Shown here: piece after piece, positions 27,153 to 40,258 of the stretch
How positions within the stretch are numbered: position 1 is the stretch's first letter
Layout: each line of letters begins with the position of its first letter
From: Monocercomonoides exilis PA203
Lineage: Eukaryota > Protista > Preaxostyla
Direction of reading: 5' to 3'
Assembly: GCA_001643675.2 (NCBI GenBank)
Contig: LSRY02000028.1
Location: forward strand, 1,054,001 to 1,118,000
Length of the DNA stretch: 64,000 bases
Translations under genes and position numbers: made by a program
Notes under the pieces: model-generated
Told to the model about the DNA's origin: nothing
Database searches by the model: none
What the model saw: only the letters and a program-made list of their open reading frames with translations

Positions 27153-28763
27153 TCACTTCAGTGCTGCACTAACGGCCATAGACAACATGCAACCCGAAAA
27201 TATTCCAATGTTCAAGCAGAGAGACATAAACGATCCATTCATGGCTCTGTCTGCATCGTCAGTGAGTCCATTTCCAGCATTGGCCATAATCATTGTTCCG
27301 TGATATCCATTCGTAATAGAAAAGAGGGAGTAAATAAGAATAACCACCCACAAATTCTGAAATGCTTTTACATATACGCATAAGAAAAGGAAAACAACCA
27401 AAACCTACAATTCACGCACACAAAATGAGTGTTTAAAAAAACAAAAAATAAATCAAAAATCAAAATAACGATTGCAAACAATTCTGCAAGCTGAAACAAT
27501 ATTCATCATCATAGGGCCATTGTATAACTTTATGCAGTTCGGGAACCACCTTGTAATAAAATCCCAAACAGTGAATATATTTTGTTTGATGTACTATATA
27601 AAATATATAACAGAATGTGAAGAGATATAATGATAATGAAAAATTGATATTAAAGAAAATAATTAAACTTTAATAAAAGTCAACAAACCCACCAAAGTGA
27701 CAATCCCCATTCATCTGTAAATAATCCTTGCTGTGGAGGTATGTGCAAGATTACAGTTGGAAAAACTATCAATGTCCACGCATAGCAATGAAACACAGCA
27801 AATCCCCAAGGAGCCTGCTTTTTCGCAATGCGAATAAGATCCAATACAAATCCTTTCAATTGTTGCATAACTGTTTTCTTAGGTACTGGTTCAGGTTCCG
27901 GTTCATCATCATCATTAACACCTTCATATGACATCCTGTCCTTATTACGCAAAAGAGGATACTCTTCATCAGTCTTAGCATTACTAAGATTCCTACGATT
28001 CAGGATAAACTTTGAATATGGTATTTTTTTTAGCGCCAAAATTGATATAAATGCAATTATGTTTATAACTGCAGCGAACATAAAGAAAGAAATCCCAACA
28101 GCATTTGTATTATCCCCTTGAATGCAAAGATGCAACACAAGCGGAACAAGACTGATCAATCCAACCACTCCTTGGCCAAGCATAACCCCTTGAGTGCATC
28201 GAGAGGAAAAAACACCACCCATTCCAAATCCTGCTGTATTTAACAGACCAGTACATATCCCACAAATGAAGCATATGATCATCACTAAAGCCAATGATCC
28301 TGCACTTCCTTTCATTGTTGTGCAAATTATTGGGAGAATAATCATCATTAACGTGTTTATAGCAATAGGAATACATAAAACATAAAAATAATTCATCCTG
28401 GCGCTTAACGCTGTTGCGATAAACATAACTGGAAGACAACCAGCGTTATATACAGAAGTTATATACGACATTTCTGTTCCTTTTGGAAGGCTTTTCATAA
28501 AAAAGTCAGACTTAGAAAATATAACAAATAAAAATTTTAATTCATAGAAACATTCAATTTTATTTTGTGCCAAAACTTTCAAAAAGCAAATAAAAACACA
28601 CAGCGCTCAGGATGCTGTTCCAAGAGCAAAGCATTGCCATTCCAATAAAAACAAAGATAATATAAACAATATTGTACTAATTTAAAGATTGTGAAATTAA
28701 GAACTTCAAAAGAATATAAACTTTATCTTTTGGCTCTTCAATAACCTGTTCTTCAGTCTTCAT
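27153..28763 (-). CDS. Equilibrative nucleoside transporter (ENT/SLC29 family), multi-exon
   Basis: MKTEEQVIEEPKDK|YNIVYIIFVFIGMAMLCSWNSILSA|SDFF..., TQGVMLGQGVVG, WTLIVFPTV, and LFSITNGYHGTMIMANAG...NGSFMSLCLNIGIFSGCMLS match ENT TM1, TM5, TM7 and TM10-11 patterns, with a large loop between TM6 and TM7. Confidence 0.88.
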
Positions 28764-29380
28764 TTTGATTAAATGTTGAATAAATTAATTAAGCATTAGA
28801 TCAAGAATTATAAAAATACAACATTCACTGTTCCAACAAACTAAATGAAGGGTATTGTTGCAAAAATGCAAATCCGGATACGTAACGCAGTCAAATACAT
28901 TTGATTAAACAAAAAATTTGATTCATGTGAGACTTTCGGATTTTCTTAAAAAACTGTGGTTATAATTGGGAAATTGCATTTTTATCTTTCAAAATCTGGA
29001 AAAATAAACATTACATACGATGTTTTACATATGTTCTACTATTCGATACCGGAATATGTGCAAAATAGAAAATAAAAATTTCATCAAATAAACTAATATT
29101 TATCGATTCAAAGCAAAATTTCAAACAGTTTTTTGAGAAACATAACTTTGAAAATAAATCACAAAACGAAAACAAAAATGCACTCGAATATCTAATATAC
29201 AATCAAGAAAAATGCGAATTTGAAAGGAGATAATACAAACAACATTGTTGTTTTAGGCAAAACTAATGTGATGCCCAGACAGTAAGTGCACTTTTGATGT
29301 TGCATCGCAATCCATCAATATACCGACTTCTGTCTCATGCAGAATGAAATAAATTTTATAATACGATGAATAGACATTCT

Positions 29381-29842
29381 TCAAGACATATCAATAATAA
29401 CAGGATGCCCTGTTGAAGTGGAAAGTGGAGCATCCTCTTTTTTCTTCATTGAAGGATGGAAAAGTGGATGAGGATCGAGCCATATGGCAATCGCAAAAAT
29501 AGACAATGCTATCATAAAAGAAAGTGCGTGAATAATGTATGTCATTGCACTCGCTCTTACAGATGGATCAAAGAAAGCTGAATCAAATAATTTTTATAAT
29601 AACTTGAAATTGAAATTAGTACATACTTAAAAGTCCAAATAATGAAGACAATAGTGAAAACAACATGGATAAGAATGAAACTCCTTTATGGCTTGGTCGT
29701 TTGTACAGTCCCCAAAGAATATTAATCATTCTAAAATAATAATAATAATAATTATAATATTTAAAAAAAGAGGGAATTGGAGCAATGACCACGCAAACTT
29801 TGTGATTTGAAGAAGCGGATTTAAGCTATACAAATATGCTAC

Positions 29843-29880
<38 letters not shown>

Positions 29881-30258
29881 TTAATTAATGTGTAAATAAT
29901 CTTTGACAAACGTTTTGACAAAGGAAATAAAATAGAAATTCCAAGAGGATAAATAGGCAAAGTCCACATGATCAATAATTCAGGTTTCACTTTGCTCCGT
30001 AGAAATGCCAATCTTTTTTAGAAAAAAATGTGAAGAAAATTCTACAAAAAAAAAAAATACACAAACTGAAACGCAATAACGCAAAACTGCACGATTCCAT
30101 TTATTCCAGTTATATAAATGTATGTTGATCCTTAACAACAGTTTATGCAAAAAAACAGTTTCAAAGATGAACAAACTATCATCTGATGGAAGTCCAGCAA
30201 GCATGCAAGAAAATGCTGAAATTGATAAAAAAACGTTCAAAACACTTCCACTTTCCAT
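29381..30258 (-). CDS. Small multi-pass membrane protein, weakly PQ-loop/MPDU1-like
   Basis: Manually spliced exons give MESGSVLNVFLSISAFSCMLAGL...ALAFLRSKVKPELLIMWTLPIYPLGISILFPLSK|PYLYSLNPLLQITK|MINILWGLYKRPSHKGVSFLSMLFSLLSSLFGLL|...YIIHALSFMIALSIFAIAIWLD...*, with several hydrophobic helices. The family assignment is tentative because no PQ dipeptide is present. Confidence 0.5.
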
Positions 30259-30559
30259 ATTTTTCAATTTATGATTAAGTCTTATTTGGGGAAGTTGTCT
30301 GATAAAATGAAAATAATAAAAATTAAAATATTTTGTTAATGAAATAAATCAAACAAAATCATGGAAAATATCGATGAGCAATAAGAGAAAATCGCAAAAG
30401 CTCTTGATGTTATAGATGGAGAAACCATCAATTCTTTATTATGGACCAGAATAAGCTAAATCAATCCTTATTCTTGATCCAATAAATACTTAAATATTCA
30501 CAAATATTAAGAAATGGGAAAGGGATAACTTCTACTTGAATTTTTATCTGTTCCTGGGG

Positions 30560-33500
30560 ATGGAACAAACATATATGTCCATGAAATCTACAAACGAACA
30601 GGACGATCAATATCCTTTGCTTGAAGAAGAGGAAACTGCCTTATTTGAAGCCAAATGCGAGGATTTGAAACGAGCAATAACTGATGTTCAAAAAGAACGT
30701 TTTATTCGAACACTTCGAACCCACTGCTGTAACCGTATTTTTGATTTAGGGGAATGCGGCATTGGACCTGTTGCTATGATGATTGTTGAAGAAATTCTTT
30801 TGAGATATCCCCAGTATTCTGTTTTGAAATTATGTGTGCTATTATTTTCATGACTTCAAAATTATCATGTTATTTAATTTGTATTATTGCACAGCTTCCA
30901 ATATGTTAAAGGACCAAGGAGTACTTTACTTAGCATCACTTTTTCGAAGAGGAGGTTCTTCAATTGTCAGTCTTGATTTAAGAAGCAATGACATTGGTCC
31001 ACTTGGAGCTGGAGAATTATTCTTGTCTTTGATGGGAAATTGCACACTTTGCCATATTGATCTTTCCAGCGTTGCTGGAGCAAATCGCAATCACATCGGC
31101 TCTGCTGCAACGACATTTGCAGAATTTCTTGTGCAAAACCAAGTTCTCACTTCAATAAACCTTGAATCGAATTCAATCGCTCTTGAGGGCTTGACATCTA
31201 TTGTGCATGCATTGGCATGCTACAATACAACATTGACTGAATTGGAATTGTCCTCAAACTCATTTGGTGCGGATGGAGCGACTCTGATTGGAGCACTGCT
31301 GCCAAACACACAGCTTAAAATACTAGGATTTAGCAGAAATGATATCGGTGATCGAGGCGTTATAGAAATTGCTCGAGGTTTGTTTGAGCCTCCAGAGGAA
31401 GTACTAATGGCAATTGAAAAGAAGAGACAAGAAGCCAAAGAAAAAAGAAAGAAAGAAAGAGAAAGATTGGGATTGCCAGAAAGAGATGATGATGACTCAG
31501 ATGACTGGGATGAAGACATTCATGAAGAAGAAGACGAGGACGATGCAATCGACGAAGGCACTGAGGAGAAAAAGCCCAAAGACGAGCGCGAAATGCGCAG
31601 AAGGAAGCTGAGAGCCAAGCAAGCAGCACAGAGAGGAAGGGCTCGTGGAAGTGGAAGGCGAGGCGGAGGAAGGATGAACGGTGGAGCGACAGGACGAGGC
31701 GGCGGGGCAGCAGGAGCAAACATGGAGACGACGGTGGGTGTGATGAATGCGCTTGCGATGCCTGATGCCCGGACGAGTGTTCCGCAGTACATGGGAGATG
31801 GAGGGGCAATGAACTCTTCGGCGATGATTTCGTCGATGATGATGATGGGTACTGCTCCTGCCAGCAGAGGCAGAATGGCACCCCAATCCACAGCAAGACA
31901 GCGGATAGCAGCAGCAAAAGCAGACATTATCAGAGCACAGAAATTGAGGGAAAAACAATCACCTCGCAAAAAAGACGCCAGATCACCCGAACGTCCTGCA
32001 GCTTTCCTTGGAGCTTCCTCGCAGTCAGAGCAAATAGCTCCAGGACAGGAAATATCTGGGCAGATTTCACCGTCTGCAGCAGCAGCATCTGCTTCGCCTA
32101 CTCAGTCTCCTTCGCAATCACCATCACAGGCACAGAGCAGAAGAGAGTCAGCTGTTTTGGAGGGAAATGGAAATGGTAATGGAAATGGAGGCTTTCCAGC
32201 TGTTGCGTCGATGGAGGGGGAAGGATTCAGAGGATATGAAAATGAGAGAGAAAGATCGGCAAGTGGGCAGGAGATGGACTGGGAGGAGAGGAGGAGGAGA
32301 GAGCAGGAGATGGAAGAGGAAGTGAGAGAGACAGAAGAAGAGATGATGCAGCTGGATGTGCTGGGGACACTGGCAGATCCAGCAGCAATGGATCATTCGA
32401 AGGCGAGCGAAGAAAAAGAGATGAAAGATTTGGAGGAGCTGTTCAATTCGCTTGTGCCACCGCTGCCTGCCGACAGAAAGAAGCAGAAGAAGCCTCGCTT
32501 GAAGAGGAAGATCCAGGGTGTGTTTGCGCTTAATCCGCGCGGAGAGAGAGTGTGTGATGTGATTGCAGAGGCGACTGAGCCAGTGGCTGAAGACGACGAT
32601 GAAGAAGACACCGAAGACGAAGATCTCGAAGCGAAAGGCACGTGCAGACTGGAGCAGATCACTCTTTCGTCCAACAACATCACCGAAAAGGGGGCGAAAG
32701 TGCTTGCAGTGTCGCTGATGAAGAACAGGTTCCTGACGCATTTGGATGTGTCGCACAACAAGCTGGGCACACTTGGTGGGCAGGCAGTGGCTGAGATGAT
32801 CGCGACGAACGAGGTGATGGTGAGTCTTGTGCTGACTGACTGCAAAATCGGGTCTGTTGGCGGGATGCACATTGGGCGGGCGCTGTCGAAGAACAGATGC
32901 CTGCAGAAGTTGGATCTGAGCTCAAATGCGATTCTGGATGAAGGAGCACTGGCAGTGTCAGAGGGGATTGCACAGAACGGGGAGTGCCAGCTGGTTGAGC
33001 TGGACTTGTCCACCAATGGCATCACAGACAGAGGCGGGTCGGCGCTGGCGAATGCGCTTTCGAAGAACACGTCGGTGCGGAAGATAGCGCTGCTGTCGAA
33101 TGAGTTTGAGAACGAGACAGTGAGTGCGTTCATTTCGTGTCTGCGGACGAATTCTGTGCTGACGTGCATCGACCTCCGCTTCAACAACTCAGCGCACATT
33201 TTGGTGATGGCGATGGAGAAGCTGATTGCAGAGAATGTGAAGCTGCGGAAGGAGGGGCACCCAGCCAGACTTGCATCGCAATTGCAAGCGCTGAGGGCAG
33301 ATGTGGAGAGAGAGATGGACATGCTGCAGAAGAAGAGGGACAGCGAGGACACGCTCAGGGCGAAGTGCGAAGAGCTGATCAGAATTCGGCAGGAGCTGGA
33401 GGATGTGAAGAAGAAGTGTGCAGACGACGAGAATGCGCTGCTGAATGAGATCGATTCCAATGCGAAGCTGATGATTTCGCTCTCTGAAGAGACACAAACA

Positions 33501-34364
33501 ACAGCTGCTGCTGCGTCGAAGGAGAGGGCAGACGGAGATTTCAGGAGCAGGCAGCTGATGACAAAAGCAGGGCGAGTTGGGCAGCAGAGGAACGAGGCAG
33601 AGAAGAGGAGGATCAGATGGTTTAGAGAGCTGGAGAATGAAGGGATTGACGAAGAGGAGGAGGAAGGAGAAGAGAAAGAGGAGAAGGAAGAAAAGAAGGA
33701 TGGAGGGAATGCAGGTGAGGGTGAAAAGGGACAGACAACAGGTGCATCAGATGGGAAAGAAGGAGAAGGAGAAGCAAAAGAAGCAAAAGAAGGAGAAGGC
33801 GAGAAAGCAGAGAAAGAGAGCGGAAATGAAGGAGAAGAGTCAGCATCTTCTTCTACTTCTCCATCATCAGCCACTCCAGATGGTACGATTACAATACCAG
33901 AAGGCGAAGAAGGAGCAAAAACAGACAACGAAAAAACCGAAAGCGGAGAAGAGAAGAAAGAAGAAGGCGAGGCGAAAGGAGAAGATGGAGAAGATGAGAA
34001 GCAGCCGCACCTCACCATTGCCCACATCCACCGGCTGCGGGAGCAGTATGAAGAGGAGATGGTTCACTCACGGGCGATGCTGGTGTCTATCAAAGAGTGG
34101 ACGACTGCCCAACAGCTCGCCTTCAAAACAGCCAAAGCCACAAAGAAATGGGAGCCTGGCCCACCTCTTCCATTCGACTTCCTTCCTGAAGAAGAGAAAA
34201 AAGCTATCCAGGCAGCGAATGCTGAGGCGGAGCGGAAGAAGAAAGCAGACGAACTCAAAATGCTGCTCGGAGGTTCGGCCACTCCTGATGCTAACCCCAA
34301 AAGCAAAGCAAAAGCAAAACGCGCATCTTCAAAGGCAAAGGCAAAGGCTTCTTCAGGAAAATGA
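30560..34364 (+). CDS. RNI-type leucine-rich repeat protein (NLRC3-like repeats) with low-complexity insertion and C-terminal coiled coil
   Basis: 28-residue repeats (SLDLRSNDIGPLGAGEL, ELELSSNSFGADGATLI, HLDVSHNKLGTLGGQAV, KLDLSSNAILDEGALAV, ELDLSTNGITDRGGSAL). One intron ending at about 30894. Start taken at the first in-frame ATG. Confidence 0.85.
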
Positions 34365-35199
34365 TCTCATTCACGAAAATTTTTTATGTAATATCTTTAG
34401 TTCTTTTCTGTTTTTTTTTACACATTTCTCCCGCATTCATTCACTGATTCATTCAAGCTCATTTTCTACTTCATTTCTTCACTTCACAATGATTTACACA
34501 CTTCTGAAATTTTTTTAGTTAATAATCCAGATATTATGGGACACATTGATCGCTTCTTTATTTGATCTATTCTCATGGGCGACCTTATGACAATTTTCAT
34601 CGGTTCCATGATTTTTCTTGGAATCGCAATTGTAGCAACATTATTTATTGGAGTAACTAAACACAAACAGTCTGATTTTTTATGCACTTTTTTTTCATAT
34701 TTAATATTTCTTTTTTTAATCACTACTAATTGTTTATTCACATATGAATCAACAATGACGTTTTCTAAGAATCTATTTGGTGTATGTTTGGGGGACAGCA
34801 TTTTGCGCTTGGTTCTTTTGGTTCTTGATTTTCATTGCGCAGATGAATCCTTTGATAGAACCTATCCCAAAGACTGAGTAGCCGCTTCACATTCGGAAAA
34901 CAAGTAATGCAGCATAGGATTCGATGGCTTTGTCAAAATTCGTATTTTGCACTTCACTTTCATTATTCATTCGTGAAATCATTACTCTAACTTTTCAACA
35001 TGATTTTCTCTCGCTTTATAATTGCATTCTTTCATATAGACTTTCGACATGTCAAATAGATAACATTTACAAACAAATGTTCTGTAATTTTTGTTAAAAT
35101 TGTGATTAAAGAGAGAAGTCATTTTCATCTTTTTTTAAACTTATAAGTTCATTTTTTGAGAATCATTCTGGCATAAAGAAAATAATTTTTAAAAATGGA

Positions 35200-38100
35200 A
35201 TGTATTTAAATTCTCGTAAAGTTGTTAAATCTCAAAATAAAGGATTTTTCATGAAATCAGATCTATCCCACGTTGAAATATCAAAAGAAAATGTAAATCT
35301 ACAGATTTTTTTTCCTTTGACGTTCTGATGCTTGTTAAGCTTCTTCTCAACGTTATTATTTGCGTTTTTATTATTTATTCTCAAATTGGCGTTGATGAAT
35401 TACCTACAGTTGTTTGTTACTTTGAAAAATTTGATATTTTCATTTCGCAATTTTGTTTTATAAGGGCTCATGCCTGTTTATTGCGCAAGACCTAACGCCT
35501 GGTAATCCGACTTTTTCATTTGTAAATCAGGTTTTTGCCAGACATGACATGACGCTTGATTTATATCCAGTTTCACTTCATGAGTTTGCAATTTTTCAAT
35601 AAATTTTTATGAAAAAATCAGTTAATCTCTTTTTTCATTCCAAACTTTTATTCAGGCTCGATGCATTATTGCAGCATTATGCTTCGGGAATATTTCCATT
35701 TGACAGTGTTGTGATTGATGGAGGACTTTTATCATTGCCTTCTCACCTCTATTCTCAACTCGCCCCATTGGTCCAGCAGAACAGCATTCCAGTCATTTCA
35801 CTCGGAGTGAACCCTGCTAATGTACAACATTTCCTTCCGTTGAAATTGTCTGAAAGAAGAGATCAGAAAGGATCCGCAAGCGTTTTCTTTGATGAAAGCA
35901 TAATAGAAGATTTGATTTGTCCTCCAAAGCGCATATCAACTTCAAATGGGGAAAATGCATCAGAGGATGCTTTTTGTTCGTTGCGTAGAGATAAAACTCG
36001 CGAGAAAGAAAATTGTGTTTTGATGAGTGGAATAGAAGAGTTCTGGCCTTCGGTGCTTTCTACAAGCGGAATAAATGAAAATGCACATGTGCTGCCATAT
36101 GCACATTTCATTTGTATGACCCCTTTATTTCTTTATCTTTTTTTCGTTATCGTCATCATAATTGAAATTATTAATTCTTTTATTTGTTTGGAAATGCCTT
36201 TCATCATATTTAATAATGTTTCATCCACTTGACAAATGAAATCTTCAGATAAAACAAACGTAGCACCAACTTCTCTTTCCAACGAACCAATTGCTGCAGC
36301 GCTTGTTGTTCATCGCCAGCCTCTCTTCCCTTTGTCCTCATCTTCACCTTCCTCTCATTCTGCATATCAACCTTCAAACTCTGATCCCTTTCTGATTGAA
36401 GAAGTGTGTATGTTCTATTCGCCTTCTGATGAGCCGTCGCTGGCGGAGTGGCAAGCGATGTCTGTGGCTGAGCGGTGGATGCTGGGAAGGATGAAGAACA
36501 GCCCAAGAGTTATGGCAAAAGTGGGGCAGCGCAATGAAATGTGGAAGGAGATGCAGAAGATGATTGTGGAGAAGATGTCAGCTGAAAGCGGACACAGTGG
36601 AGGAGCTGGTGGAAGCAATGGAATTGCAGAGGAATTTGAATTTGAAGGTGTGCAGGAAATTGAGAATACAAGAAGAATTAATATTTTATTTGGAATATTT
36701 ACCAAAGAAACCAAATTAGAGTTTATATCTTTTATTATTTAACAAGAATCATTTCTTTTCATCTTTATCTCTTTTATATTATTTTTTCCCCCTCATTGTA
36801 ATTCCTTAATCCCCCAGCGCTTCCATTCCCCCCACCCCCAGTTCCAATCCCCTTCTCTCTCCAGTCACGCTCTGTCCTTCTTGTCGATCTCCTTCTCCCG
36901 CAACACCGCTCATCCAGCACATCCCTCTCTCTTCTGAAGGACATCCTGGAAGGGCTGCGGAGGCAGTCATTTGAAGTCGAGATGGTCGATGGATGGGGGC
37001 TGAGTGCAGGCGACATCGAAGACGCTGTTGTCTCGCCGTTTGTTGCCTCGTTTGGGAATGCTGGGCTGACTCCGCTGGCTGAAGAGGTGGCTGTGACTGC
37101 AATTGTGCTCATCAAAGACACGGTGTGTGTATATGTATGTGTGTGCATGTGAATATGTATGTGTTAGTATTGTAGAAGGAGGAAGATATTTGGGAATTTG
37201 GAGGGAGATGGAAGATTGCTGTGAGTGATTGAGAACATCAATATGAATATTTTATAATTGTTATTTGCATTCAATTAATGTTATTCCAATGAATATATTT
37301 ATCATTTCCTTTGCAGAGCACAGCTGAAATGCCTGAAGTGATAGAGAAAGAAGAAGAGCTGAAGATGATGTGCGCCTTTCACGGCATCAAACTAGTCATC
37401 TTCGACACAGAATGTGAGGGAAACAAGGAAGATCCTCAAATGTCTTCTTCTTCTTCTTCCTCTTCTTCTTCTTCATTTCCTCCTCTTTCTGATAGCGACC
37501 TCGTCGACTTCATCCAATCTGCCTCATCTTCCTCTTCGTCTTCTCTTCAGAAGCAGCCAGATCTCCCTCACACTCTCTTCCCACTCACTCTGCTGCCATC
37601 CACAGCTGCCTTAGGCACATCCCTCGAAGCATCTCTTTTTGTGCACATTCCAATTTCTACTATTCAATCTCTTTCTCCAAATAAAACTCCTTCTTCTTCC
37701 TCTTCTCCTTCTCATTCTTCTGCTTCTTCTTCTCCATCATCCTCTGAATCCCTCCCTCTTTTCCCCACCTTCTTCTCTTCTCCTCCTTTCGTCTCGTCTG
37801 TCTCATGCACTCTTCCTTCCTCTTTCATCACTGACGCTGTTGAAGCACAAAAAAGAGGAGAAAAACCTTCTTTCAACTTGGAAACAGCCGCATTTCCTGT
37901 TCCTCTTGTTCTTGTGCCTCATTCACACCCTCCTCCTTCTTCCTCTTCTTCCTCTTCTTCTTCTCGCTATCGATCATCCAAGTCATCCAACCAACCACAA
38001 TCCACTCCTTATCTCCACTTCGATGCAGACAGCGACGTCTTTCGTGTTCAGTCTGCTGTCACGTTGGAGTCTCCTTTTGTCCTTCGTGTTGGCATCTCCT

Positions 38101-38827
38101 CTTCTGTCGCTGGTGTCTTTGCTCCTTCTCAACTGCCTCCTCCTCCTTCTCCTCCTTCTCCTTCAAAATCTTCTTCAAAATCTTCTTCTTCTCCCCCTCC
38201 TCCTCCCATCCTCTTCACCTCCTCCTCCCTCCCCACACCCATCTCCTTCCATTCCCTTTGGATTCACTGGCTCAGCAACGATATTTCCAGCCTTTCTCTT
38301 TCAATTCCTCCGCACCCATCTTCTTTTTCTGAAGTTTCTCCGACAAAATTCCCCGCTCCGGCGCCTTTGATGTCTTCTCCCTTCTCTCAGAAAGGAATCG
38401 TCTTCAAAAAGGGCTCTGATAAATCAACCTCTTCTTCTTCTTCTTCCTCTTCCTCTTCTTCCTCTCCTCCCATTCAATCACCCTTTTCTCCTCCTCCCTC
38501 ATTCATCCAACAGCCTTCTTTCCCTCAGCCTCAGCTGATGTGTGTGGGAGGGTTTGTCTTTGATCCTCTGCCAATTCTTCCCTTTTCAATAACAGTTGGC
38601 AATCTTACTCGTCCTCCTCCGCCTGATGGAAGAGAAGAAGGAGAAAGAGAAAGAGAAGGAGAAGAAGATAGCTATGCTGAATGGAGTGAGAGGCAGGAGA
38701 GGATTAATGAAAGAGAAAGAGAAGGAGAAAGAAACAAGAAGAAGAGAGGAGAAAGAGGAGAAAGAGAAGAAGAAGAGAACAAAACAGATTATTATTTGCA
38801 TCCACCTTCTTCTGAAGGAAAACCACC

Positions 38828-38862
<35 letters not shown>

Positions 38863-40219
38863 ACAATCAGCATATTCGTCATCCTTCTCCATCATCATCA
38901 TCAACAACAACAGAAGGAAGAGAAGAAGGAAGAGTAAAGACAATGACCCAATCGTCGATGCAGCCAAGTGTGTGGAATAAGAACGAAGAGCTGCCCATTC
39001 AGCTGTACAACATCTATTCCCTTTCTGCTCCTCCTCCTTCTTCTCCCTTTGTGTCCTTCAAATACATCGGGATGTTCATTCACCATCCTTCGCTTCCTCC
39101 TTCGTTTTATTCTGACTCATCTTCTCCTTCACCTTCATCTTCATCTTCATCTTCATATTCTTCTTCTTCTTCTTCTCTTCCCTTTTCTGAACTGTATCCT
39201 TCCACTCCTCTTCCTTCACCTGATCTCAAACAAACAATTCTTCTCTCTTTTGCTTCTTCTCTGCTGCTTCGCCCAATGCTGGCTGTTGATTCCTTTTCAC
39301 TCGACCCTTCTTCTTCTTCTCCCTCCTCCTCCTCTTCTTCTCTTTCTACTCTATCTTTATCATTTGATGCCTCTTCTTCTCCATCTTCTCCTTCTCCTTC
39401 TTCTTCCTCTTCTCTTTCTCTTTCTCCTTCTTCTCTTTCATCCCTCAGCTATTTTTCACCTGATGTGTCTGAATTGCTTCTCTCTTCTTCTCTTTTCACT
39501 CATTCTCTCTTTGCACCCAATGGCTTCATTGATGAAACACTCCCAAATCTTCCTCTTTTCAACTGGAATGCAAGAAACTTGGAGAAAAGAAGAGGAATTG
39601 CGAAGAAGGAGGAAGGTAATAGAGAAGAAGAAGAAGAAGACGAAAAATTTAATGATGGGATGAATAAACAGAAGAAGAGGATGATTAATATGAGATTGCA
39701 TAACCAAAGAGCATCATTTGATTATTTTCCTTCTTCTTCTTCTTCTCATTCATCATCATCTTCTTCTCCACTATTTCTGAAGAGGAGAGAAAGAGAAAGA
39801 GAAAGAGAAAGAGAGCAAAAGAGAGAGAAGGCAAATGCAACGCCTTTGTCTTCTGAATTTGTTGTCCATCCAACAGCGCCTCTTTCTCCTTCCTCTTCAT
39901 CTGACATCAGACGCATCGAAAATGACAGATTTGACACTCTTGTTGGCTCTCCTTCTCCTCCTCCTCCTCATCCTTCTTCTTCTTCCTTTTCTTCAAAACA
40001 TTCTTCTTCTTCTCCTTCACCTCCATCATCATCATCATCTTCTTCTTCTCCTTCGTCATCTTCTTCTCTTCTTCCTCCAAAAAGCATTCCAGTTGAGCAG
40101 AAGGCATTTGACCCAATTTTGGAGCAGATCAACCAGCACAGAAAACAAACAGGGCAACCTCCTCTTTCTTCTCTTCCTGTTTATTCTGCTAATGATCAAT
40201 CATTCACTCCTCCTTCTCC

Positions 40220-40258
<39 letters not shown>

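Noticed and set aside
29843-29878. Long poly-A run suggesting a retroposon tail
   Set aside because: It is the poly-T tract of a minus-strand intron; no target-site duplication or element body.
32393-34027. Long antisense and alternative-frame ORFs (544 aa here; similar ones over the dynein, Ser-rich and UVR genes)
   Set aside because: Shadow ORFs caused by biased, low-complexity codon usage on the coding strand.
34484-35060. About 100-aa ORFs on both strands between the LRR and Ser-rich genes
   Set aside because: No consistent spliced model or recognisable motif could be built.
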